A stretch of DNA of 62,547 nucleotides, counting the filler. It is 6 parts of 6 records of this genome, joined end to end, with 100 filler letters (N's around TTAATTAATTAA, not from the genome) between each part and the next. Parts side by side here need not be neighbours in the genome. Positions count along the whole stretch, not along the records: positions 1 to 11,496 come from SRR22947725_1444; 5 more parts are not named here. One strand, given 5' to 3'. Of this stretch, positions 1-10,140 are shown one piece after another (position 1 is the first letter of the stretch; each line of letters opens with the position of its first letter). The position numbers and the translations under genes are program-made. The notes under the pieces were generated by a model. It searched no databases. It saw only the letters and a list, made by a program, of their open reading frames with translations, and was not told where the DNA came from.

Positions 1-72
1 GGTACCTCCAGGAATCGAACCAGGGACACATGGATTTTCAGTCCATTGCTCTACCAACTGAGCTAAGGTACC
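1..72 (-). tRNA. tRNA-Phe(GAA)
   Basis: Reverse complement GGTACCTTAGCTCAGTTGGTAGAGCAATGGACTGAAAATCCATGTGTCCCTGGTTCGATTCCTGGAGGTACC folds as a cloverleaf with anticodon GAA; discriminator base lies outside the window. Confidence 0.97.
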
Positions 73-84
73 ATACAAGGTGTG

Positions 85-148
85 CAAATATAGATTCATT
101 TTTATTATTCGCCAAAATAAATTCGTAAAATTCCTTTTTGTAAATTTG
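85..148. promoter_or_regulatory. Divergent Bacteroidetes-type -7 promoter elements (TAnnTTTG)
   Basis: TATATTTG on the minus strand (85-92) before tRNA-Phe and TAAATTTG on the plus strand (141-148) before coaX. Confidence 0.6.
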
Positions 149-163
149 TATCAATATTTTATT

Positions 164-886
164 ATGAATTTAACTTTAGATATTGGAAATACACAAGCCA
201 AATTAGCTGTCTTTGACGACAAGTTGTTAGAGCATTGTAGTTTTGATGTAAAATTTATTGACGATAAGATTGGTGATCTTTTAATACTATTTCCAGAAAT
301 TATAAACCTTATTGTTTGTTCCGTTATAAAAATAGATTTTAATTTCGAGAAGTATAATTTTAAAAATATTCATTTTGTATCAAAAAAATCTAACCTACCA
401 TTTAAAAACTTGTACAATACCAAAAATTCACTTGGGAACGATAGGCTAGCTCTAGTTTCACGTGCATCTATAAAACACCCTAATAAAAATGTTTTAATTA
501 TTGATTCGGGTAGCTGTATTACTTATGATTTTATAAACGAAAACAATCAATATATTGGAGGTGCAATATCCCCAGGACTTAATATGAGATTTAAATCATT
601 AAATGAGTTTACATCAAATTTACCATTAATCAAACTTATAAATAAGCCTAAATTTGTTGGCTCAAACACACAAGAGTCTATTAATTCTGGAGTTTTGAAT
701 GGAGTAATTAATGAAATTGAAGGATTTATTGGTCAATATTCATCCAAATACAAGAATTTAACAGTTATTTTAACAGGTGGGGACTCAGATTTCTTGTCTA
801 AACGATTAAAAATTAGCATCTTTGCGAATCAAAATTTTTTATTAGAAGGATTAAATGATTTAGTTAAATTAAATATCTCAAATTGA
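164..886 (+). CDS. coaX: Type III pantothenate kinase
   Basis: LDIGNT, LGNDR, IIDSGSCITYD, GGAISPG, LTGGD motifs; ATG 164 preferred over the ORF-track start at 80. Confidence 0.93.
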   Translation: MNLTLDIGNTQAKLAVFDDKLLEHCSFDVKFIDDKIGDLLILFPEIINLIVCSVIKIDFNFEKYNFKNIHFVSKKSNLPFKNLYNTKNSLGNDRLALVSRASIKHPNKNVLIIDSGSCITYDFINENNQYIGGAISPGLNMRFKSLNEFTSNLPLIKLINKPKFVGSNTQESINSGVLNGVINEIEGFIGQYSSKYKNLTVILTGGDSDFLSKRLKISIFANQNFLLEGLNDLVKLNISN

Positions 887-2187
887 AAAAAAATCTATTT
901 TATATAATTATATCTTTATTTTCTATCGCTTCTTTCTCTCAAGGAAGTGCATCTCCTTATTCTTTTTATGGAATAGGTAGTTTGAATTTTAATGGCACAA
1001 CAGAAAATAGAGCAATGGGTCGTCTAAGTATTCTTACCGATAGTATTCATATGAATTTCAGAAACCCAGCTTCCTTTACCGGCAATGATTTAAAAGCATT
1101 TAACAATGAAGGTAGGTTAGTAAAATTCACAGTTAGTGTTGGTAACTCAGACATTAATTTTAAAACAAATAGTACTTCAGCAAAATCATCTACAACAAAT
1201 TTTGATTATTTGGGCTTATCTTTACCAATGGGCAAATTTGGAGTTGGATTTGGTTTAATGCCACACTCTTCAGTTGGCTATAAGCTTGAATCTTTGGATG
1301 ATGCCGATTTAATTAAATATAAATATTATGGGAAAGGAGGTTTGAATAAAGTTTTACTAGGTTTTGCATATCAATTTTCAGAAAGTTTTGCATTAGGAAT
1401 TAATTTAGATTATAATTTTGGCAATATTCAAAACAATGGAATTGAATTTCTTTATGATGATAATTTAGATCCACTTGATTATCACAGTAGAGAAGCCAAC
1501 AGATCCGATTTGAGCGGATTTAATTATAATATGGGATTAACTTTCAAGCCTATGTTGTCTAAATTAATACAACTTCATACAGCAATTACTTATTCACCTG
1601 ATTATGAGTTAAATTCTGAAAACTACAGAACATTCTCGTCTATTGTTATTAATTCTAATTCTGGTGAAGAATTTCCAATTAATGAAATTAATGTAGATTT
1701 AGAATCTTTAGGTTTAAAAGAAACAAGTTTATCAATGCCTTCCAAAACATCTATTGGTATTGGCATCGGAAAACTAAGAAAATGGTTTATCGGTTCAGAA
1801 TATACCTTTGTTAATACCAGTGTATTTAAATCCGACCTTATAAATATAGATAACACTAGCTACGAAGACGGATCAACTCTTTCTATTGGAGGATATTTTA
1901 TCCCTGATTACTCTTCATTTAAAAGTGTTTTAAATAGAGTTGTTTACAGATCAGGAATTTATTTTGAAAAAACTGGATTAATAATTAATGATCAATCTAT
2001 TAAAGAATTTGGTATGACTTTTGGAGTAGGTATTCCAGTGGGAAATATGTTTTCTAATTTAAATTTGGCTTTAGAGGTCGGTAAACGTGGTACTACAGAT
2101 GCAAATTTAGTTGAAGAAAAATTTGCAAATTTAAAAATGAGTCTTTCTTTAAACGACAGATGGTTTATTAAAAGAAAATACAATTAA
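883..2187 (+). CDS. Outer-membrane beta-barrel protein (FadL-like Bacteroidetes family)
   Basis: Signal peptide, SPYSFYGIG N-terminus, NPAS motif, alternating beta strands; usual position after coaX in Bacteroidetes. Confidence 0.75.
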   Translation: MKKNLFYIIISLFSIASFSQGSASPYSFYGIGSLNFNGTTENRAMGRLSILTDSIHMNFRNPASFTGNDLKAFNNEGRLVKFTVSVGNSDINFKTNSTSAKSSTTNFDYLGLSLPMGKFGVGFGLMPHSSVGYKLESLDDADLIKYKYYGKGGLNKVLLGFAYQFSESFALGINLDYNFGNIQNNGIEFLYDDNLDPLDYHSREANRSDLSGFNYNMGLTFKPMLSKLIQLHTAITYSPDYELNSENYRTFSSIVINSNSGEEFPINEINVDLESLGLKETSLSMPSKTSIGIGIGKLRKWFIGSEYTFVNTSVFKSDLINIDNTSYEDGSTLSIGGYFIPDYSSFKSVLNRVVYRSGIYFEKTGLIINDQSIKEFGMTFGVGIPVGNMFSNLNLALEVGKRGTTDANLVEEKFANLKMSLSLNDRWFIKRKYN

Positions 2188-2189
2188 TT

Positions 2190-3569
2190 ATGAAAAAATT
2201 ATTTAGTTTAATATTAATACTTACAGTAATTTCTATTTCATTTTCACAACAAAATGAAGATGACATAAATGCACTTTCAATATTTAATGAATATTCAAAA
2301 GCAAAGAATTATGAAGCAGCATATGGTCCATGGATGGAATTAAGAAATAGAAATCCAAAATTTCATTTAGGTATATACAGTGAAGGAGAAAAAATATTAA
2401 TGTATAAAATCAAAAACTCAGTTGGAGAAGAAAAAATTGCCTTCATCAGAGATTTAATTTTTTTATACTCCCAAAGAAGAGAGTTTTTTAAAACAAAAAC
2501 TCCAATGGGGAAATTCCTTGCAAAATCTGCTAAAATACAATATGACTTTAGAAAAGAGTTAAATATTTCAACATTAGACTTGTTTAATTCATATGATAAT
2601 GCTTTTAAATCTGACTTAAAATCATTTAATAATCCTGTTGATTTATTAACATATTTTAAACTTGCTGTTGAATTATTTGATGATGGAATTAAAACTGCAG
2701 AAGAACTTTTTACTAAGTATGATGAAGTTTCAGAAAAGGTTGAATCTGAAGTTGAAAATTATACTGTTAAGCTTAATGCTTTTTTACCATCTGATGACTC
2801 AATGGAAGTTACTTATTCAAAAAAGGATGCTCAAAAAATCAGAGCCTATAATAGTTATTTAAAAGGGTATGAGCAGATTTCAAAGGGAATGGATATTTCT
2901 TTAGGTATTAGAGCTAACTGTGAAAATCTAGTGATTCTTTATCAAAAAAATTATGAAGAAAATAAAAATGATGGGCTTTGGTTACAAAGAGCTATGAACA
3001 GATTAGCCGGCAAAGATTGTATTGATACAGAATTATTTGTTACAATTTTACAGCAAAAAAATAATTTAGATCCAAATCCTGATACTTCATACTACCTTGG
3101 AATTATTAAAGATAGAGAGGGTAAAACTGCTGAAGCACTTGAGTACTATAATCAAGCAATTGAACTACAAACAGATGGTTATAAAAAAGCAAAGATTTTG
3201 TTTAAAATTGCAACAAATTTTAAAAAGAATGGCTCGTTCTCAAAAGCAAGAAGTTATTATAGAAAAGCTTTAAGGTTTAATCCGTCAATGGGTAAATGTT
3301 ATATAGCAATTGCACAAATGTATGCTTCTAGCGCTAAAAATTGTGGTTCAGATAATTTTAGTCAAAGAGCAGTGTACTGGTTGGCATCTTCTGAAGCTTT
3401 AAAAGCTTCTAAAGTTGATCCTAATCTAAAAAAAGCTGCAAATAATTCATCAAAAAATTATTTAGCTAAAGCTCCTCAAAAAAGTGAAATATTTTCATCT
3501 GGAAGAGAGGGTGAATTAATTAGTATTGGATGTTGGATAGGTTCTAGTGTTAAAGTGCCTAATCTATAA
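2190..3569 (+). CDS. Exported TPR-repeat protein
   Basis: Signal peptide; TPR-like helices (YYLGII...ALEYYNQAIEL, ARSYYRKALRFNP). Confidence 0.8.
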   Translation: MKKLFSLILILTVISISFSQQNEDDINALSIFNEYSKAKNYEAAYGPWMELRNRNPKFHLGIYSEGEKILMYKIKNSVGEEKIAFIRDLIFLYSQRREFFKTKTPMGKFLAKSAKIQYDFRKELNISTLDLFNSYDNAFKSDLKSFNNPVDLLTYFKLAVELFDDGIKTAEELFTKYDEVSEKVESEVENYTVKLNAFLPSDDSMEVTYSKKDAQKIRAYNSYLKGYEQISKGMDISLGIRANCENLVILYQKNYEENKNDGLWLQRAMNRLAGKDCIDTELFVTILQQKNNLDPNPDTSYYLGIIKDREGKTAEALEYYNQAIELQTDGYKKAKILFKIATNFKKNGSFSKARSYYRKALRFNPSMGKCYIAIAQMYASSAKNCGSDNFSQRAVYWLASSEALKASKVDPNLKKAANNSSKNYLAKAPQKSEIFSSGREGELISIGCWIGSSVKVPNL

Positions 3570-4096
3570 TGAAATATTTATATCTCTTATTGTTATTTCT
3601 GTTTTTTTTTTCATGTAAAAATGAACTAGAGGATGTTCGATCATTAGATTATAATAATTCTCCAATTACCATCGCCAAAAGTATAAATTCAATCTACACT
3701 GACTCAGGAATTGTTTCTTCAAAGTTAATTAGTCCTAAAATGTATAACTTTTCTAACATGGACTTCCCTTACTTTGAATTTCCTGAATCTGTTGAAATAA
3801 TTTTATATGATAAAAGTAAAAATGAAAGTATTATTACTGCTGATTATGTTATTTCATACAACAATACTGATCTTGTTGATTTAAGATCAAATGTCATTAT
3901 AATAACAAGCTCTAAAGATACACTTTATACTGACCAACTGTATTATAATAAAAAAGACGAATGGTTATTTACTAATTATCCTTTTAGATATAAATCAATA
4001 GATAAAAATATTACAGGAGTTGGTTTTGATTCAAATATTGATTTTTCAAAAATCAATTTTCTTGATGTTAATGGTTACGTACTATTAAAAGAATAA
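3569..4096 (+). CDS. lptC: LPS export ABC transporter periplasmic protein LptC
   Basis: Lipobox FFSC; beta-jellyroll features (YTDSG, DTLYTDQLYY); conserved Bacteroidetes context. Confidence 0.8.
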   Translation: MKYLYLLLLFLFFFSCKNELEDVRSLDYNNSPITIAKSINSIYTDSGIVSSKLISPKMYNFSNMDFPYFEFPESVEIILYDKSKNESIITADYVISYNNTDLVDLRSNVIIITSSKDTLYTDQLYYNKKDEWLFTNYPFRYKSIDKNITGVGFDSNIDFSKINFLDVNGYVLLKE

Positions 4097-4124
4097 TTAC
4101 TATATTTATTTACTACAAAATACT

Positions 4125-4313
4125 ATGAAACAATTAAGTTTTTTTAAATACGTATATCTTTTTTTTGCAGTTATTTTTTTTGTTGAGTTTATCTCAAATT
4201 TAGGTACTAACTTAACAAGATCAATCATTTCTTTTCTTCTGTGTATACTCGCTGTTTTTATTTTCTTTTTTAGAAAGAAAATTCAAAATCGTTTTAATTC
4301 TAGAAACAAATAG
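4125..4313 (+). CDS. Small two-TM membrane protein, hypothetical
   Basis: 62 aa, two hydrophobic segments and a basic tail; fills the gap between lptC and the CBS gene. Confidence 0.65.
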   Translation: MKQLSFFKYVYLFFAVIFFVEFISNLGTNLTRSIISFLLCILAVFIFFFRKKIQNRFNSRNK

Positions 4314-4318
4314 TTAGA

Positions 4319-5602
4319 ATGTATATTGATTATATTATAGTAATTATTTCTTTATTATTTTCAGCTTTTTTTGAAGGAATGGAAATCGCCTATGTTTCGT
4401 CCAACAAAATCTCTATCGAGATAGAAAAGAAAAAAAAGAATATTTCTTCAAAAATACTTTCAAAATTAACTTCAAACCCTTCAAAGTTTATTGTTTCTAT
4501 GTTAATTGGAACTAATTTAGCTTTGGTTGTTTATGGTTATTACATGGGAGATATTTTGATCGATGTTTTTAAACAACTTTCAAAATTTAATTTCCCTATA
4601 CTAGAAATATTGTTGAATGATTTTAATTTGCTTTCACAAACAATAATTTCAACAGTAATTATTTTAATGACTGCACAATTTTTGCCAAAAGTTTTTTTTC
4701 AAATTTATTCATTTAAGTTTTTAAAACTTTTCTCGATACCTGCCTATTTCTTTTATTTGAGTTTTTACTATATTTCCGACTTTGTTCTTTGGATTACTAA
4801 TTTAACACTTAAGTTTTTCTTTAAAACTCAAGGCGATAACATCCAATTATCCATTAGTAAAGATGATTTAGGTAACTATATAGATGAGCAAATTGATGCA
4901 TCTTCTCAAGATCAACCTATAGACAATGAAGTTCAAATTTTTCAAAATGCATTAGATTTTTCAGATTCAAGAGCTAGAGACGTTATGGTTCCTAGAATTG
5001 AATTATACTCCTTAGAAATTCATGATTATGTGTCAAAATTAAGAGAGATTTTCGTTTCAACAGGATTTACTAAAATTTTGATTTATAAAAATACAATTGA
5101 CGATATAATAGGATATGTACATGCACATGATTTATTTAAAAATCCAAAAACCATTAAATCAATGTTATTACCAGTAGAATTTGTGCCTGAATCTATACTG
5201 ATCAAGGATCTTTTAAGTATTTTGACCAAGAAAAGAAAAAGTATAGCTATTATTCTAGATGAATATGGTGGTACATCAGGTATGATAACAGTTGAAGATA
5301 TAGTCGAAGAACTATTTGGTGAAATAGATGATGAATTTGATGTAAGTGACTTAATTGAGATAGAAGTAGAACCCGATAATTATAATTTTTCTGCCAGGTT
5401 AGAAGTTGATTATTTAAATGAACAATATAAATTAGATTTACCAGAGAGTGAAGACTATGGAACTTTAGGAGGCCTAATTGTTAATTACACTCAAGAAATT
5501 CCTAAATTAGGTGAGGAGGTTATAATTGACAAATGTCTATTTAAAATTATTGATGTTTCAGAGACAAAAATCAATACCGTTTCATTAATTATCAAGGAAT
5601 AA
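4319..5602 (+). CDS. Hemolysin-family CNNM/CBS/CorC transporter
   Basis: SAFFEGMEIA (DUF21), VMVPR, DEYGGTSGMITVEDIVEELFGEI, TLGGL CorC tail. Confidence 0.9.
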   Translation: MYIDYIIVIISLLFSAFFEGMEIAYVSSNKISIEIEKKKKNISSKILSKLTSNPSKFIVSMLIGTNLALVVYGYYMGDILIDVFKQLSKFNFPILEILLNDFNLLSQTIISTVIILMTAQFLPKVFFQIYSFKFLKLFSIPAYFFYLSFYYISDFVLWITNLTLKFFFKTQGDNIQLSISKDDLGNYIDEQIDASSQDQPIDNEVQIFQNALDFSDSRARDVMVPRIELYSLEIHDYVSKLREIFVSTGFTKILIYKNTIDDIIGYVHAHDLFKNPKTIKSMLLPVEFVPESILIKDLLSILTKKRKSIAIILDEYGGTSGMITVEDIVEELFGEIDDEFDVSDLIEIEVEPDNYNFSARLEVDYLNEQYKLDLPESEDYGTLGGLIVNYTQEIPKLGEEVIIDKCLFKIIDVSETKINTVSLIIKE

Positions 5603-5667
5603 TTTGTTTTTATTATTAACAAGAAAATGGTACTTTTGGCGACTATATATATTTAAAATAATTAATA

Positions 5668-7815
5668 ATGGCAATATTAAATACAATAAGAGGTAAATCA
5701 TCAGTATTAATAATAGTAATAGGTATGGCGCTATTTTCATTTGTTTTTGCTGAACTTATTAAAAGTGGTGATAGTTTTGGTACTGAGCAAAGTGTTGTTG
5801 CTAATGTTAATGGAATAGATATAGAGCGTGATGATTTTATGAACAAGGTGGAAACTACCGAGAGACAAAATGCCGGAACTAGATCAAACATTCAATCAAT
5901 GAATCTTGTATGGGATACTGAATTAAGAGGAGTTGTACTAAAAAATCAATTTAATAAAATTGGAATTTCAGTTGAAAGAGACCAGATGAGATCTTTATTG
6001 AAAAATAATTTAATTTCATTTGACGAATTTTTAAATGATGATGGTTTATTTGACGAAAACAAGTTAAATGAGTTCATAATAAACTTAAAAGAAATCTCAC
6101 CTGAGACTTCACCTTTACAAGGAAATCTTATAAATTATGACGCATGGGTTAACTTTGAAAACACTATTGCGCAAAACGGTTTAGAATCTAGTTATTTTAA
6201 TTTAATTAACTCTGGATTAAGGTCTACACTCTTTGATGGAAAAACAAATTATCATTTTCAAAATGATAATGCTGATATTAAATTTTTGTATTTTCCATAC
6301 ACTTCAATTCCTGATTCTTTAATATCTGTTTCCAAAGCAGAATTGAGAGGTTATATTAAAAATAACCCTAACGATTACTCTGTTGAAAATTCTAGGGATT
6401 TAATATATGTTAAGTTTGATGAAACACCATCAATGCAAGACGAAAATGAGATAACTAATCAATTAAAGAGCTTAATTAATGATAAAGAAGAGTATAATAT
6501 AGACACTAATAAAACAGAAAAGGTTTTAGGCCTAAAAAATACTAATGATCCTGAGTCATTTTTAAATAGATACTCAGATATTAAACTTTATGATGGTTAT
6601 GTTTTTGAAAATTCTTTTTCTAAAGAAATGTCTTCGAAATTGTATAACTTAAATGAAGGTGAATTATATGGTCCTTACAAAGAAGGTCCTTATATGAAAG
6701 TCACAAAAATGTTAGATGTAATAAAATTGTCTGATTCTGTAAAAGTTAGACATATTTTAATTCCTTACGCAGGTTCTACTAGAGCTGGAGATCAAGAATT
6801 TAGAACATTTGATCAATCCAAAAAAACTGCTGATAGTATTTTTAGAGTAGTTAAACGAAATAGAAGTAAATTTAAAAACTTATTAAACCTTTCTTCTGAC
6901 AAAGTAAGTAATGAAAATGGTGGCGAAATCGAATTTGCTTATACTGATGGTTTTGCCCCAGAATTTAGAGATTTTTCTTTTGAAAATAATGTTGGTAATA
7001 TTTCTGTAGTTGAAACTAGTTTTGGTTTTCACATTATTGAAATATTATCACAAACTAAGAAAAGAAAAGCCGTAAAAGTTGCTAATCTTGCTCTTAGAAT
7101 TGAGTCTTCCGAAAGAACTATTGACAGCATTTTTAATATTGCATCAAAGTTTGAAGTTATGGCCTCAAAATCAGACTTTAGAGATGTGGCCAAAGAAAAT
7201 GATTATTCAGTTAGGTCAATTAATGCAATAAAAGATTTAGATGAAAACATTCCAGGACTAGGTTCACAAAGAAGTATAGTAAGATGGATGTATGAATCTG
7301 GCACTAATACTGGTGACTTTAAGAGGTTTAACTTACAAAATGGTGGTTACGTTGTTGCAATGTTGAGTTCTGTCAATAAAGCTGGCTTAATGTCTAATGA
7401 TAAAGCTTCTGTTACTGCATTACCAATGGTTAAGAATAAAAAGAAAGCTGAATTAATTATGAAAAAAATAAGTGGTAAAACTCTTACTGAAATTTCAAAT
7501 AATCAAAATCAAAATATTCAAACTGCTTTAGCTGTTAATATTTCAAGCCCTACACTTTCAGGAGTTGGAAATGAGCCTGAAGTTATTGGAAATTCTTTTG
7601 GATTAGCTGTAGGACAAACATCAAAAGCTATTTTAGGAAATAGTGGTGTGTTTTATGTTTATTTAGAAAAATTAAATATAGCTGAAGATCTTCCGAACTA
7701 TTTATTGTTTGCTAATAATTTAAGTTCATCTAAGACAAACAATCTTAATACAAAGGTTTATGAAGCTTTAAAAGATGCCTCTGAAATTGATGACAAGAGA
7801 AGTTTATTTTATTAA
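5668..7815 (+). CDS. Periplasmic parvulin-type peptidyl-prolyl isomerase (PpiD-like, SurA N-terminal domain)
   Basis: N-terminal membrane anchor; VKVRHILI and ETSFGFHIIE rotamase motifs. Confidence 0.88.
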   Translation: MAILNTIRGKSSVLIIVIGMALFSFVFAELIKSGDSFGTEQSVVANVNGIDIERDDFMNKVETTERQNAGTRSNIQSMNLVWDTELRGVVLKNQFNKIGISVERDQMRSLLKNNLISFDEFLNDDGLFDENKLNEFIINLKEISPETSPLQGNLINYDAWVNFENTIAQNGLESSYFNLINSGLRSTLFDGKTNYHFQNDNADIKFLYFPYTSIPDSLISVSKAELRGYIKNNPNDYSVENSRDLIYVKFDETPSMQDENEITNQLKSLINDKEEYNIDTNKTEKVLGLKNTNDPESFLNRYSDIKLYDGYVFENSFSKEMSSKLYNLNEGELYGPYKEGPYMKVTKMLDVIKLSDSVKVRHILIPYAGSTRAGDQEFRTFDQSKKTADSIFRVVKRNRSKFKNLLNLSSDKVSNENGGEIEFAYTDGFAPEFRDFSFENNVGNISVVETSFGFHIIEILSQTKKRKAVKVANLALRIESSERTIDSIFNIASKFEVMASKSDFRDVAKENDYSVRSINAIKDLDENIPGLGSQRSIVRWMYESGTNTGDFKRFNLQNGGYVVAMLSSVNKAGLMSNDKASVTALPMVKNKKKAELIMKKISGKTLTEISNNQNQNIQTALAVNISSPTLSGVGNEPEVIGNSFGLAVGQTSKAILGNSGVFYVYLEKLNIAEDLPNYLLFANNLSSSKTNNLNTKVYEALKDASEIDDKRSLFY

Positions 7816-8721
7816 TTGTGAGTACTCAAATATAATTTTATAGTCTTTTTTTAAGAAATATTCCATATCTTTTTTTGAGCCTGTTGCTAGAATAAAATCA
7901 CCACCCCACGCACCTAAGCTTTTAATTGCTCCTTTTGAGTAATCTTTAAATAATTCCTCTTTAACAGTATTAAGACCAACTAGCTTAGATATTAGTAGCT
8001 CATGTTTAGTTAAATATTTTTCAAATTCTTTTATATCTTTTGTCTTTAGAATAGATTGGTTAATATGTATAAATTCTTTTTTAATTTCGTGAATTAGGTC
8101 ATTATTTCTCGATCTATATTTTTCAATTCCCTCTCTTGTATTTTGTTTTTCACCTAAGTAAATGAAAAAAATATTTTCTTTAAAAACTGGATCAAAATTG
8201 ACTTCTTTTACAGATATTTTATTTTTTAAATTACTAAATTGAATTGGTTTATCATATTTTGCACATGCTATATCATAGCCACTTCCTCCAAAGGTTAATT
8301 TGAGTAATTTATATGCGTCAACTTTAGCCCAATTAGCCAAATTATTAATAAGAGTAGATGAAGATCCAAGTCCCCAATTTTTTGAAAATGATAATTTAGA
8401 AATAAAATCATATCCGAAATTATCACTTAGTAAAGATTTATTTAATTTAAAAATTGAATTAAATATTTTTAGTAATGTATCAGAAATATCATTTTTATCT
8501 CCTATGTAAAGTAATGTTTTATTTTTGTTAATTATGTATTTTTCCCTAAACCATAGATGATTTCTGTAGTCATAACTTTCCCAATTAATCACATTTAATT
8601 GATTTTTATTAACTTCTAAAGATTGTCCAAACTTTGTTGGTAAAGCTATGCATTCTATACCATCTAATACTACATATTCAGATGTTAATAGCAGTTTTCC
8701 GTTACTGTAGAATTCATCCAT
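7804..8721 (-). CDS. GYDIA-family GHMP kinase
   Basis: NGKLLLTSEY, WGLGSSS, GGSGYDIAC, KSLGAWGGD; overlaps the HMG-CoA reductase gene. Confidence 0.88.
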   Translation of the reverse strand: MDEFYSNGKLLLTSEYVVLDGIECIALPTKFGQSLEVNKNQLNVINWESYDYRNHLWFREKYIINKNKTLLYIGDKNDISDTLLKIFNSIFKLNKSLLSDNFGYDFISKLSFSKNWGLGSSSTLINNLANWAKVDAYKLLKLTFGGSGYDIACAKYDKPIQFSNLKNKISVKEVNFDPVFKENIFFIYLGEKQNTREGIEKYRSRNNDLIHEIKKEFIHINQSILKTKDIKEFEKYLTKHELLISKLVGLNTVKEELFKDYSKGAIKSLGAWGGDFILATGSKKDMEYFLKKDYKIIFEYSQLIK

Positions 8722-10015
8722 TAGACCTTAATTTATTAATAAACAAGTCTACTTCGAGATGACTAACAGTATTAGTTTTAAAATATTCTATCGCTTTTTC
8801 TTTTTCTATATCTGAGGCCCTATGTTGGTTTAGAATATTTATTAAATGCATCTTCATGTGACCGTGTTGAATCCCTGTAGTAATTAATGATTTTATAGCA
8901 GCAAAATTTTGAGCTAATCCAGCAACTGCTGTTATTTTCATTAAATCTTTAGAATTAGGTTTGTCTAGTATCTCCAAAGCCAGATTTGCAAGTGGATGTA
9001 ATTTAGTTAATCCACCAACAGTTCCAAGAGCCAAAGGGATTTCTATTGAAAATTTAAATAAATTATTTTCTATACTAGCATTTGTTAAACTCTTATAAGT
9101 ACCACTCTTTGATGCATAAGCGTGAGCTGCTGATTCAATGGCTCTAAAATCGTTTCCTGTAGCTATTACCACAGAATCAATACCATTCATTATTCCTTTA
9201 TTATGAGTAACAGCTCTGTATTTATCTACTTCAGCTATTTTCACTGCTCTAACGAATTTATTGGCAAAATCAAATGGATCAATAATGCTGGTGTCTGATA
9301 ATTTTTCTATCTCACATGATACTTCAGCTTTAACAATACATTGGGGAACATAATTGGAAAGAATCGACATTATTATTTCAATTTCATTTTTTTCTGTAAA
9401 ATTATCCTTGAAAGTTTTAGCAAATTGTTCTAAGCAAGAATTAATAAAATTTGCACCCATTGCATCTCGCGTCTCAAAAATTGCTTTGATTTGAAAGTAA
9501 TTTTCAATTTTATCAGTTAAGTTTAATAATTCAATACTTATAATACCTCCCCCTCTTTTGTTCATGTTTGATGTTATAGAGCTAACATCTGAAATTAGTT
9601 TAGGTTTAATTTTATCAAAATATTGTTTTAATGTTTTAAAATCACCTTTAAATAAAAAATGAACTTGACCAACTTTATTTGTTGATAATACTAGAGCTCT
9701 AAACCCACCTTTGTCTAACCAAAATTTAGCAGATTTACTTGCAGCAGCAATTACAGAGCTCTCTTCAGTTACCATTGGAATAGTGTAGGGTTTGTTGTTA
9801 ATAATAAAGTTTGGAGCTATTGCAAAAGGTAAATAAAAATTTGAGATTGTATTTTCAGCAAACTCATCATGAAGTTTTTGTAACTTCTCGTTACTATTAC
9901 AATATTGTAATAAAATATTTTTGATATTTATATCAGAGGAGAATGAATTTTTTGATAGCCATTCAATTTTTTCAGATTTGTTGAGTTTTGAGAAACCAGA
10001 AATAGGCTTTTTCAT
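8714..10015 (-). CDS. mvaA: Class II hydroxymethylglutaryl-CoA reductase
   Basis: ENTIS, TEESSVIAA, DAMGAN, THNKGIMNG, GIQHGHMKMH motifs. Confidence 0.93.
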   Translation of the reverse strand: MKKPISGFSKLNKSEKIEWLSKNSFSSDINIKNILLQYCNSNEKLQKLHDEFAENTISNFYLPFAIAPNFIINNKPYTIPMVTEESSVIAAASKSAKFWLDKGGFRALVLSTNKVGQVHFLFKGDFKTLKQYFDKIKPKLISDVSSITSNMNKRGGGIISIELLNLTDKIENYFQIKAIFETRDAMGANFINSCLEQFAKTFKDNFTEKNEIEIIMSILSNYVPQCIVKAEVSCEIEKLSDTSIIDPFDFANKFVRAVKIAEVDKYRAVTHNKGIMNGIDSVVIATGNDFRAIESAAHAYASKSGTYKSLTNASIENNLFKFSIEIPLALGTVGGLTKLHPLANLALEILDKPNSKDLMKITAVAGLAQNFAAIKSLITTGIQHGHMKMHLINILNQHRASDIEKEKAIEYFKTNTVSHLEVDLFINKLRSNG

Positions 10016-10140
10016 GAAAAAAATTTATATCAAAGATACTATTCTATTCTAAATTAAATAACTAATAATAAATTTTCAATTATTTATGGATATTTATATT
10101 AAATATGCTATTTTGAGTCGAATTTAAAAAAAAACATAAA

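Noticed and set aside
80-163. N-terminal extension of coaX, and similar ORF-track extensions of argC (15898), murD (43920) and the lipoprotein (31129)
   Set aside because: They overlap promoters or upstream genes; family-like sequence begins at the downstream ATG
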